56,295 nucleotides of DNA from Magnetococcales bacterium (lineage in GTDB: Bacteria; Pseudomonadota; Magnetococcia; Magnetococcales; Magnetaquicoccaceae): contig JADGBU010000001.1 of assembly GCA_015231295.1 (NCBI GenBank), positions 34,078-90,372 on the forward strand, read 5' to 3'. Below, in pieces: positions 42,341-51,639 of this stretch. Position 1 is the first letter of the stretch. Each line of letters opens with the position of its first letter. A program made the position numbers and the translations under genes. A model generated the notes under the pieces. That model searched no databases. It saw nothing but the letters and a program-made list of their open reading frames with translations, and was not told where the DNA came from.

Positions 42341-42655
42341 ATGAGCAGGACTCCTCTTCCAAAACGACTCAAGGATGCCAGAGACCGTGCGGGACTCTCC
42401 CAGACGGAACTGGGAGTTGCCGCCGGCATGGATCCTTCCGGGGCGAGCGCCCGGATGAACCAGTACGAACGGGACAAACACGTTCCCGACTTTCAGACTC
42501 TGAAGCGGATCGCCTCGGTCCTGGAATGTCCTGTCCTCTATTTCTATGCCGAGGACGACGACCTTGCCGAGATCCTTCTACATCTGGGTAGGATGGACGA
42601 TGGAGAAAGATCCGCCATGTTGGCAGAATTACGAAAGTCAGCCTGTCGGGGATAA
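42341..42655 (+). CDS. XRE-family HTH transcriptional regulator
   Basis: RLKDARDRAGLSQTELG...ARMNQYERDKHVPD. Confidence 0.92.
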   Translation: MSRTPLPKRLKDARDRAGLSQTELGVAAGMDPSGASARMNQYERDKHVPDFQTLKRIASVLECPVLYFYAEDDDLAEILLHLGRMDDGERSAMLAELRKSACRG

Positions 42656-42892
42656 CGTGGACCGGGAACCGGTCCCGTTGCCGAAAGAATTCAGAACCTC
42701 CTCGATCTTCTCCAATTCATCGACGATCACCTGCATCACCATGAACAAGGAAGCGGCAGGCGGCGTATCGTCCGGATCCGGACGGGCGGCGGTGCCGCAC
42801 TCGGCCACCATGCGCGCCACGGCCAGAGACTTGTCCAGGCTCAAGCGGATGGTGTCGATTTGATGCAAGGTCAGGGCGTGTTTGCTGTCCAT
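42638..42892 (-). CDS. Small hypothetical helical protein
   Basis: 84-aa ORF with RBS aagga; a decayed paralogue at 17962..18068 supports it being a real gene family. Confidence 0.65.
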   Translation of the reverse strand: MDSKHALTLHQIDTIRLSLDKSLAVARMVAECGTAARPDPDDTPPAASLFMVMQVIVDELEKIEEVLNSFGNGTGSRSTLSPTG

Positions 42893-43984
42893 GGGGCGCG
42901 TCCTTGGCAAAAGGTTTCAGGAAATGACCGGACCATAGGGAGCATGCCGATGCTGGCCACACAAACATTCCCGGTCAAATAAACGAATATTTATTCTTTT
43001 TAACCTCTTAAGTAATACAAATAGTTGCCGATCCCGTTTTTTAATCCTATTCAAAAATATAAATGGTGATTAAACCATTTGCGCCTAATCCTCAATATAT
43101 ATATGATCTAGAAGAAATTGTAAACATTTTTTTCAATATCGTCATCGATAGAAAACTTTCAAAATACACTATCCGGCAAAACTCCCAAGATAGATCTTAT
43201 ATTTATATTTTTTAATCATTGATCTGCAATTTAATTGCCGCCAATAGACCAAAACATCAACAACTCAAGCCTGAACAGGCTTAAGTGCACATAAAATTAT
43301 ACGTTCTTGGAAAATAACCGTTCAACAAAGCAATCATTGAACCTGACAGGAGGGAGAGATGGTGCTGGAACGGAGAGGAAGGAAGCAGGAGGAGAAATTC
43401 ATCAACCGGCATCAGACTGAAACGGTTTTATCAACGGGTTGGTAACCGTTCTCGCAGCAGAATTGTTGGTCTTTCTGTCACGTATTTAGACAGGTTGGCG
43501 TGAGGTTTCGGTCATCGTCAAGCCAGCAACGATAATCCATTGGCATCGTGCAGGATTTCGGTAGGCTGCACAATACCTGCGGAAAGCGACCTGATCCAAT
43601 TCCAGTTTCGGATTATCAAAGAGCACATCCAAAAGATGAGGTTCCGACACCTCGTGCCCGCTTCAGAAAAATCTGGTCCATGGCAACCACTGAACCCTCA
43701 ATCTTATCTCTGATTTTATTGTAAATTATCATCCCTGTCCAATGAAATCCAACGCCCCATCGCTGAACAGTTTAGCAATGGGGCCAAATTCGGCTCGGAT
43801 GGAATTTCTGGTATGAACCCGCATCGCTCTGCCGGGCCCGTGGCGTGCAACTCCACCATTCCGTTCAAAAAAAATAAAATCAGCAGAAAAATTTGCATAC
43901 CAGGCGACCGCACCTTATGCTGCCCTGCGCAAACGACATCCTTCCCCTCATCCTCACCGCCAGACGCGCACGGACCCGATACAG

Positions 43985-44755
43985 ATGGTGAACCTCATGT
44001 CCCCGACCGTTCAGCTTCCGGATGCCGACAAACCACGCACCCGAAACATCCCCCGGATGATAACCTGCCTGCTCCTGGCCATGTTCCTGCCGGTCATGCC
44101 CGCGTCGGCCATCGACAACGACACGCTCAACGTGGCTTTCGAACGCTACGAACGGCGGATCGATCTGTTCATCCGCCACATGACCCAACAATCCTGGATC
44201 GAGGCCGAACTCACCGCCATCAGCCTGACGGAACTGGGCGAGGAGTTGCTGACCCTCGGGAAAGCCGAAAACATCCCCACCTGGGAATACTATGCCAGCA
44301 ATCTGACCCATCACGGCCAGGAACTCCAGGAAGCCTGCAAACGTCAGGACAGCCATGAAGCCGTCTATCTGATCGCCACGTTGATCAATCATCTGGGAGA
44401 AATCCAGTCCGCCATTCCGGTCTGGCTTCTGGAGCATCTGCGCAAACAGATCCTCGAACTCGAACAGGGCATTGCCAATCAAAACCATAAAACGACCCGC
44501 AACGCAGCCGAAGTGATCCACAATTCAGCCCACAAGATCATCCTGTCTGCCAGCACCTCCCGGCAGAGTTACCGTCACACCCGCTGGCTGACCAACCTGC
44601 TGGACCTCAACCGTCTGGGCGATCAACTGGTGGGCGGGGAGAGCCACGGCGATGACTGGACGGCCTACGAAGGCCACATGAAACGCATCCAGTCGATCTA
44701 TGCCACCTGGAAAGACGGTTTCCATCCTGTAGCCCTTCCCTCAGAACGCCCATGA
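43985..44755 (+). CDS. Putative secreted all-helical protein, His-rich (start uncertain)
   Basis: Signal peptide-like segment ITCLLLAMFLPVMPASA; ATGA-coupled to the downstream kinase. Confidence 0.75.
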   Translation: MVNLMSPTVQLPDADKPRTRNIPRMITCLLLAMFLPVMPASAIDNDTLNVAFERYERRIDLFIRHMTQQSWIEAELTAISLTELGEELLTLGKAENIPTWEYYASNLTHHGQELQEACKRQDSHEAVYLIATLINHLGEIQSAIPVWLLEHLRKQILELEQGIANQNHKTTRNAAEVIHNSAHKIILSASTSRQSYRHTRWLTNLLDLNRLGDQLVGGESHGDDWTAYEGHMKRIQSIYATWKDGFHPVALPSERP

Positions 44756-46878
44756 ATCTCGCGCGTCGTTTTCAATTGTTTCTGGCACCGGTAGTCCTGC
44801 TCGTCGGTGCGTGGCACGCGCTGGCCAACTGGATGTCCTATGAACAAGAACTGCAATTCATCGCCACCAAGGCGATGCAGATCGACATCCAGGATTTGAA
44901 GGTTCTCGCCAAGGATCCAATCTTCACGAACTATATTCAACACTTGTCGAATGGTTTCCCAGAGTATGCCGAACAGGATATCAAGGAGGTGCGATATGTT
45001 TTCCGGAACCTGATGGAAAACGCCCGCAAATACGATCGCACTCCGGATCATATCGTGCTGTTTTCGGCATCCTGGGAAATCCTGGCACTGGAGACGGATG
45101 ATCACCCCATAGGTTCCCGAACCAATGACGGTCAGGAGTTGATCCATATCGAACCCTTTTATACCACCTATACCGATTTTTCCGTTCCCTATTCCCAACT
45201 GAATCACGATCACCACAAGGCCGTGGTTCCCATCGGACGGGACGCCAATCAGGACGGCGTGCTTTCCGCAGACGAAATCGATCTTTTTCTGCATAGCGAA
45301 TTCCTGCTGCCCCTCGCTGATTTTCGCGCCGAGGCCCGGAAACGGCTGGCCAACACGCTCTGGATAGGGGCGGGACAGATGGTGTTGCTGATTCTGACCC
45401 TGATCTGGGCCGGGCGATTCATTCCCCGTCCGTTCCGGGAGATGACCAACCACATCACCACCCTGGCGCAAGGGGATTTGCGCCAGCCGATGCCCGCCAC
45501 CTGGAAGATCCGGGAACTGGATCTGCTGGCCCAGGCCATCAACCGCATGCAGACGGAGCTCTCCCAACGTGAGAGCTCGATCCTGTCGGCCCGCAATCAG
45601 GCCGAAGAGTCCAGAATCATGCTGCTTCAGGTGTTGGATACGATTCCGGTCCATGTGTTCTGGAAGGATACCGCATGCCGTTATCTGGGATGCAACGCCC
45701 GGTTCGCCACGCTGGCCGGACTCAACCATCCCAAGGAGATCATCCAGTTGTCGGATCATGATCTTCTCTGGAAAGAGCAGGCCGAAGTTTTCCAGCGCAT
45801 GGATCAGCAGGTGATGACCACCGGTCAGGCGGTGCTCAACCACCTGGAACCGCTCCGTTCCCCAAACGGCACCGAGCATTGGCTGGAGATCAGCAAGGTG
45901 CCGTTGACCGACGCCGAGGGACAGATGATCGGGGTGCTTGGAGCCTCCCACGATGTCACGGAACGGCACCGTCTCGAACGGGAGTTGATCCGCTACTCGG
46001 TACGCCTTGATCAGCACGCCAACCAACTGGAAGAGATGGTTCAGGCCCGCACCCGGCAGTTGATCCATGCGGAACGTCTGGCCACACTGGGCACCTTCTC
46101 GGCAGGCATGGCGCACGAAATCAACAATCCCAACGCCTTCATCGCCGCCAACACACAGTTCCTGCAACAGTACTGGCAATTGGCCAGTCCCATTCTGCAA
46201 GAACACGCCAGTCAGGATCGATCCGGACGCGTCTCCCGTTTCCACGATGAAATCGGAAAAACCCTGGACGGAATCCTGGATGGCAGTGCCCGCATCAGCA
46301 AAATCGTGAACAGCCTGAAAACCTACTCCAAAGGGGGCATGGAAGCGGACCGGGTGGAGTGTCGCCTGGAAGATCCGATCCGTGATGCCGAAAACCTGCT
46401 GCGCCATCGCTTGCAAAAAGATCGCGCGGTCCTGCGGGTCCAGATTTCCAGAAATCTAACCCTGTTCTGCGATCGTCAACAGATGGCCCAGGTCTTCGTC
46501 AATCTGTTCAACAACGCTCTGGACGCCCTGGAAGAAATGCGCGCCATCCCGGAAAAACGGATCACAGTGGAAGGCCAGTTGCTCGATCGTCATGTGTGGG
46601 TGTGGGTGCGGGATAATGGACCCGGCATCCCCGAGTCGGCACTGAGCAAGATTTTCGACCCGTTCTACACCACCAAAGGCAAAACCAAGGGAACCGGCCT
46701 GGGATTGTCCATCGTGGAGGGGATCATCAAGGATCATCGTGGACAGATCACCATTCACTCCTCCCCGGATCAGGGACAGGAGACCGAGGTGGTGATCATT
46801 CTGCCATCGTTGGAACTCTATCGGGAACAAATCCAATGGCGGGACCAAACGAAGCCCGGAGCAAGCCGCCCCGAATGA
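44752..46878 (+). CDS. Sensor histidine kinase (TM-periplasmic-TM-HAMP-PAS-HisKA-HATPase, NtrB-like)
   Basis: HAMP (LAQGDL...ELDLLAQAINRM), PAS (VFWKD, YLGCN), AGMAHEINNP, DNGPG, GTGLGL. Confidence 0.93.
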   Translation: MNLARRFQLFLAPVVLLVGAWHALANWMSYEQELQFIATKAMQIDIQDLKVLAKDPIFTNYIQHLSNGFPEYAEQDIKEVRYVFRNLMENARKYDRTPDHIVLFSASWEILALETDDHPIGSRTNDGQELIHIEPFYTTYTDFSVPYSQLNHDHHKAVVPIGRDANQDGVLSADEIDLFLHSEFLLPLADFRAEARKRLANTLWIGAGQMVLLILTLIWAGRFIPRPFREMTNHITTLAQGDLRQPMPATWKIRELDLLAQAINRMQTELSQRESSILSARNQAEESRIMLLQVLDTIPVHVFWKDTACRYLGCNARFATLAGLNHPKEIIQLSDHDLLWKEQAEVFQRMDQQVMTTGQAVLNHLEPLRSPNGTEHWLEISKVPLTDAEGQMIGVLGASHDVTERHRLERELIRYSVRLDQHANQLEEMVQARTRQLIHAERLATLGTFSAGMAHEINNPNAFIAANTQFLQQYWQLASPILQEHASQDRSGRVSRFHDEIGKTLDGILDGSARISKIVNSLKTYSKGGMEADRVECRLEDPIRDAENLLRHRLQKDRAVLRVQISRNLTLFCDRQQMAQVFVNLFNNALDALEEMRAIPEKRITVEGQLLDRHVWVWVRDNGPGIPESALSKIFDPFYTTKGKTKGTGLGLSIVEGIIKDHRGQITIHSSPDQGQETEVVIILPSLELYREQIQWRDQTKPGASRPE

Positions 46879-46892
46879 GGCTGCGGTTGCGG

Positions 46893-47699
46893 TCAGCGTT
46901 TGAATCCGTAAAACTTCTCCAAATGACGACCGATTTCCTGACGGGAGGGCCGGGGCAATTCGGCATCGGATTGAAAGGCCATGGATGCGGCGCGATGGTT
47001 CACAATCCGGTTCAGACGACGTGAATGCAGAGTGCTCACCAACTCCTGGATTTGGCGCACGACGGAATCCTTCAACTCCGAAAACAGAAACACGCACACC
47101 CTCTCGTTGGCACGCTCCCGACTTCTCGGATCGCCGGTCATCACGAGACGGACCATCCCTACCACCGGGATTGACGCGGCCTGATGCAGAGGCAGGATCT
47201 CCAAGCACAGGGACTCGCCAATCTTTGGATCCCACTCCGGTGAAACTGGAAATCCGAACTCCATGTTTCTCGGACTGATTTTGTACAGACGGCCCGGCGG
47301 GGAAAAATCGAACCGCTGCACCCGGATCCACTCTCCGGAATCGACCTCCGCCCCGAGCATGGTATGAGTCTCCTGCATCAGGAGGTTGCTCAATCCGAAA
47401 GCGAAATGCTCCCCTTTACCTGTGAACATCAAGCCCATGCCATTGGGGCGCACATGAACCACCTGGCACGGAAAGTCGTTCTGGAGATTGGATCCCGTCA
47501 GACGGACGGTGCCGACACTGCCTGTTTCGATTCCTTCCACCTTGTTGGTGACGAAAAAAATCCCCGCCAACGAAACGTTTTTGGTGAGCCCGAAAATCTT
47601 CCTGCCACCGGTCAGTTCCAGCACGGCCTGACGATTGAACAGCACGCGCTCATGACGCCGCCGTTTTGGGTCATAGGCCCTGTTCCACTCTTCATTCAT
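46893..47699 (-). CDS. PilZ-domain protein
   Basis: RRRHER (RxxxR) and NVSLAG (D/NxSxxG); a second, degenerate PilZ-like barrel follows. Confidence 0.85.
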   Translation of the reverse strand: MNEEWNRAYDPKRRRHERVLFNRQAVLELTGGRKIFGLTKNVSLAGIFFVTNKVEGIETGSVGTVRLTGSNLQNDFPCQVVHVRPNGMGLMFTGKGEHFAFGLSNLLMQETHTMLGAEVDSGEWIRVQRFDFSPPGRLYKISPRNMEFGFPVSPEWDPKIGESLCLEILPLHQAASIPVVGMVRLVMTGDPRSRERANERVCVFLFSELKDSVVRQIQELVSTLHSRRLNRIVNHRAASMAFQSDAELPRPSRQEIGRHLEKFYGFKR

Positions 47700-47855
47700 T
47701 GATTCCCCCATCGAAGCCTGTCCGCACAACCCATGAGAGCCCCGTTTCCGGAATTCCGTCCCGACCGTGCAACTCATCCAGACCGCCACGATGCACCATG
47801 GCCCATCCGAATGACTCATGCGTTTGATTCCGCCGCGACCTCCGCGCAGAAGCGA

Positions 47856-48320
47856 TCATTCCGCAGGAGATGTCGCGATCTCGTCCATGGATTCGGTGGT
47901 TTCGGAATATTCCGCCCACAGGAGTTCTCCCCAGCGACGGCATCGATTGACCGCCTGTCCAATAACTGTGGCCAGCATGGGCATATCCAGGGGCTTCTTG
48001 ATGTAATCGGCCGCCCCGTAAACCAGAGCCTCCATGGCCCGGTCCAGATCACTGGCACCCGTGATCACGATGAATTGAACCATGGGATATTTCTTTTTGG
48101 TTTGACGAATGAACTGCAAACCGTTTCCATCCGGAAGATTGATATCCTGAAGAACGATCAGAGGGCTTTGCTCCTCAAGCCGGGTCAGGGCCTCTTCGAA
48201 CGTACCGGCCTGAATGATCACCAAATCCTGGAGTTCCGTCTGGAAGGCGAGATAACGCTCAATGGCATGACGAATCTCGGCTTCGTCATCCACCACCATG
48301 ACACGGATCGGGTCGGTCAT
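47856..48320 (-). CDS. Response regulator (REC with short C-terminal helix)
   Basis: MVVDD, LQDINLPDGNG, VITG, YIKKP; RBS aggag. Confidence 0.9.
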   Translation of the reverse strand: MTDPIRVMVVDDEAEIRHAIERYLAFQTELQDLVIIQAGTFEEALTRLEEQSPLIVLQDINLPDGNGLQFIRQTKKKYPMVQFIVITGASDLDRAMEALVYGAADYIKKPLDMPMLATVIGQAVNRCRRWGELLWAEYSETTESMDEIATSPAE

Positions 48321-48526
48321 TGTCAGGCTTCTCCTGGAGTTCTTGTGGCTGGATTCGAAACCATAAAGTAAAAAAACAACCATTACCAACTATGATTTTT
48401 CTGACATTCAACAATCAGGAAACAACAAAAAAACATTTTCAATCCACTGTACTCACGGAAGCATTCTAAGCAACATATCAGTACCGGTCATGAATTGTCA
48501 ACCCCATGCCCGATGGATCAAGCCAC

Positions 48527-48745
48527 CCCTCTGTACTACTCTGCACTGATCCACCTTCTCCAAAATCCGAATTTTGTAGGACGATGAAAACGTCCGACGC
48601 CGAGCCTTCTCAGAAACCTCAGGATCTGGACGCTCCACTTTTGACCCCATCAAATCCGTCACCTTCGCATCCATACTCTTTTCACCTCCAAGCCCTACAC
48701 TCAATTATCAGGGGGTCGGTGTCTCGTCTACATTGGCATAGAGGG
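48527..48745 (-). mobile_element. IS3-family remnant (left end and truncated OrfA)
   Basis: ATG 48674: ...PDPEVSEKARRRTFSSSYKIRILEKVDQC; upstream end sequence TGCCAATGTAGACGAGACAC; no OrfB. Confidence 0.75.
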
Positions 48746-48807
48746 CATATGGCGCATATATTGCTTACAAACCAATCAGACCTTCTCGCACTTGAAACAG
48801 GCTCGCC

Positions 48808-50037
48808 ATGCACACCCCTCCCAAAAACCTGCGTCTGCCCTGGATCCTGTTTCTGACAAGCGGATGTTTCACGCTGCTGTGTCTGATCAATCTCTTTTCC
48901 TTCCACGAACACCGGGCGACATTCCTGGAAAAGTATGCTTTTTACTCATCCCAGAAGTGTTTAATACAAACCCGTAATCTTTTCAACAATGTTTCCCAGG
49001 TACAAAACCAGTTGACCGACATCTCCGCCACCCTGGGGCTCGACAATCTGGATCAAGGGTTCGACCGGGCGCGGGAGGAGACGGACGCCTTTCATGCCGG
49101 ATTGATCAATCTGCGACAACTGCTGGAAAAACATCCCACGAAAGAGAATCCTGTCCCGGACCTGTCCGCTCTGGAGGCCCGTTTTGACCTCTTTCACTCT
49201 CTGGGCATCGAAATGGCGCACGCCTACATTCAGAACGGCACCTTCCGGGGAAACCAGAAAATGAAGCTGTTCGACGCGGAAGCAGACCAGCTCCGGGACA
49301 CCCTGAATGAAATGTCCACCTTTCACAAAGAACACGCGGAATTCTGGCGCAAGAAAATCACCCGCCACGCCCATGCCTTCTCCGCTCCCGGAGGGGTGGG
49401 AAATCTGCTGTGGTTTCATCTGATGGGGGATCAAACCCGCACTCATTATGTTCAATTCATGACCTTGCTGGTGCAGACCGCCCCTCATCAGGATAACCGC
49501 ATGCGTCTGAGCATTGCAGCCGGGGAGCTGCAGGGACAGGTCATCCAGGTGCAGCAGTGGTTGACCGATCTGGCGGCCACCCGGGGTCAGGATGGACTCG
49601 ACGAAGGCAATACGAAGGCCAGACTGGCCGCCGAAAACTTTCTGGCCGCCCTGCCCGCCTTCCTGGAGCTGATCCGGGAGCACGATAACGAAACCGCCCT
49701 CGGAAAGACCGCTGATCTGGAGCGGCAGTTCAAAACCTTCTACCGCACAGGACAGGAACTGGCCAAGGCCTACATTCTGGGAGGGGCCAAACGGGGCAAT
49801 CCGTTCATGCGCGCCTTTGACAAGCAAGCAGAGGAGCTCAACACCGAACTGAAATCCTATATCGATCCCACCCTGGACGATGCCAACACCGAAAGTTTCC
49901 AAATGGATCTGGTCCATGATTCGCTTCAGGAGATCCGCAAAATTCTTTTTTTTCTGTCATTTCTCTCCTTGATCGTCACCATTGCCGCATCCGCATGGCT
50001 TGCTTCTTGCAGAAGGTTGCATTCAGCACCTGAATAG
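48808..50037 (+). CDS. Membrane protein with two tandem chemoreceptor-type four-helix sensor domains and no signalling domain
   Basis: N- and C-terminal TM; internal repeat QVQNQLTDISAT...AYIQNG...GN..M..FD / QVQQWLTDLAAT...AYILGG...GN..M..FD; stop about 10 aa after the last TM. Confidence 0.75.
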   Translation: MHTPPKNLRLPWILFLTSGCFTLLCLINLFSFHEHRATFLEKYAFYSSQKCLIQTRNLFNNVSQVQNQLTDISATLGLDNLDQGFDRAREETDAFHAGLINLRQLLEKHPTKENPVPDLSALEARFDLFHSLGIEMAHAYIQNGTFRGNQKMKLFDAEADQLRDTLNEMSTFHKEHAEFWRKKITRHAHAFSAPGGVGNLLWFHLMGDQTRTHYVQFMTLLVQTAPHQDNRMRLSIAAGELQGQVIQVQQWLTDLAATRGQDGLDEGNTKARLAAENFLAALPAFLELIREHDNETALGKTADLERQFKTFYRTGQELAKAYILGGAKRGNPFMRAFDKQAEELNTELKSYIDPTLDDANTESFQMDLVHDSLQEIRKILFFLSFLSLIVTIAASAWLASCRRLHSAPE

Positions 50038-50070
50038 GACGTTGATCTCCACAAATCAAGGATCTGTGAC

Positions 50071-51639
50071 ATGTATCTGGACCACTTCGGACTGCACAGC
50101 CAACCATTCGCGCTCACGCCGGATACCAGCCGCTTTTTTGCGGATGGCGGACGCATGGCACTGCTGGAGCAGCTGTCGGCGGCCATCCAGGCCGGAGAGG
50201 GGGTCATCCAGGTCATCGGCGGGTCGGGTTCCGGAAAGACCATGCTCTGCCGCGCGCTCTGCGAGCGACTGCCATCCGGCATCCGGATCGCGCTGCTGCT
50301 GAATCCCGCGCTTCCGCCTGGCGACCTGATCCCGGCACTTCTCAACGAATTCCGTCTGCCGACACCGGGTCGCAAGGAGCGACTGGCGGCCCGTCAACTG
50401 CTGCTGGATTACCTGGTGACGATCAACCGCAACGGGGAACGGGCCGTGTTGCTGATCGACGATGCCCATGCCATGCCTGCGGCCACCCTGGAAAGTCTGC
50501 GTCTGCTGGGCAACATGGAGACCGCGCAGGCCAAACTGCTGCAGGTGGTGCTGTTTGCCCAACCCGCCTTCGATACAATGCTGCGTGATCCCGCCCTTCA
50601 TCCTCTGCGGGAGCGGATCGGCACCCGGTTGACCCTGCTTCCCCTGTCATCCAGGGAGTCGGACCGCTATTTGCAGTTCCGCCTTCAGGCCGCCGGTTTC
50701 ACCGGGGAGCGGCTGTTCACTCCCAGAGCCGCCCGCTGCCTGCACCGTCTTTCCGGTGGACGGATTGGCCGGATTCATCATCTCGCCAACCGGACGATGC
50801 AACGGGCCCATCAGGATGGATCCACGCAGGTTTCCGCCCGGCATGCCCTTGGCGCCGCAGCCACCGACCTGCCCCGTTTTCGGCTTCTTCCGGCATGCCT
50901 CGATCAACCGGTGCTGGCAACCGCCGCGCTGGCCGCCATGCTGGTGGGAGGCGGGGTGTGGCACTCCTGGGCGACCGGCCCGGATCACGATCCGGCCCGC
51001 AACCCCTCCCCGACCCACGTTTCAGCCACCAACCGAAACACCCCGACACCCGAAGTGGCCGCCGAACCGGAAAAAAAACCGTCCGTAGCCGACCACTCCC
51101 TTGCCCCTGCCCCGCAGACCCGCGCCGAGGCTCCGGCAGAGCCCTCCCCGGTCGAAACCGAAGAGTCCGCCATCCAGTTTCCGGATGAACGGCTTTTCCT
51201 GGCCGATCAGGAAGCCGACAGTCACAACAGCGCAGCCTTACCGGTTCAGCGCACTCCGTTGGGCAAACCCTATCTGAAACCCGACGACCCCCTCGCCGAG
51301 GCGATTCTCGCCTCCCACCGCTGGCTGGATACGGGCAACGAGAAAAACTACTCCATTCAATTGATTCTGCTGCGTTCGGAATCCGGTCTGGAAGTCCTGA
51401 TCCGGCAACTGGCCGCGATCCACTCTCCACCCGAGGCGTTGGACCTCAAGCTGTTCCGCCTCAAGGACGACACCCTGCTGATCTATCTGAACGAATGCCA
51501 CAGCCTGGTGGCCTGCGAGGCGTTGCTGAACCGGCTGCCGGTGACGTTACGTGCCGGAAAACCAGGCATCCGCTCTCTGGCCCGCATGAAAACCACGGTG
51601 CGCAAGCTGGCCATTGCCGCAACGGACCATACCGGATAA
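50071..51639 (+). CDS. mshM: ExeA/MshM-family AAA ATPase with TM and periplasmic tail
   Basis: MYLDHFGL..QPF..TPD, GGSGSGKT, LLIDDAH, QVVLFAQP; first gene of the msh-like operon. Confidence 0.8.
   Translation: MYLDHFGLHSQPFALTPDTSRFFADGGRMALLEQLSAAIQAGEGVIQVIGGSGSGKTMLCRALCERLPSGIRIALLLNPALPPGDLIPALLNEFRLPTPGRKERLAARQLLLDYLVTINRNGERAVLLIDDAHAMPAATLESLRLLGNMETAQAKLLQVVLFAQPAFDTMLRDPALHPLRERIGTRLTLLPLSSRESDRYLQFRLQAAGFTGERLFTPRAARCLHRLSGGRIGRIHHLANRTMQRAHQDGSTQVSARHALGAAATDLPRFRLLPACLDQPVLATAALAAMLVGGGVWHSWATGPDHDPARNPSPTHVSATNRNTPTPEVAAEPEKKPSVADHSLAPAPQTRAEAPAEPSPVETEESAIQFPDERLFLADQEADSHNSAALPVQRTPLGKPYLKPDDPLAEAILASHRWLDTGNEKNYSIQLILLRSESGLEVLIRQLAAIHSPPEALDLKLFRLKDDTLLIYLNECHSLVACEALLNRLPVTLRAGKPGIRSLARMKTTVRKLAIAATDHTG

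Noticed and set aside
43330-43913. Protein-like minus-strand fragments (signal-peptide-like MQIFLLILFFL, HLLDVLFDNPKLEL)
   Set aside because: Probably a decayed gene, but broken by stops and not assignable to any family.
43985-44755. c-type cytochrome or magnetosome protein
   Set aside because: No CxxCH motif and no recognisable mam/mms sequence; nothing in the window directly shows magnetotaxis genes.
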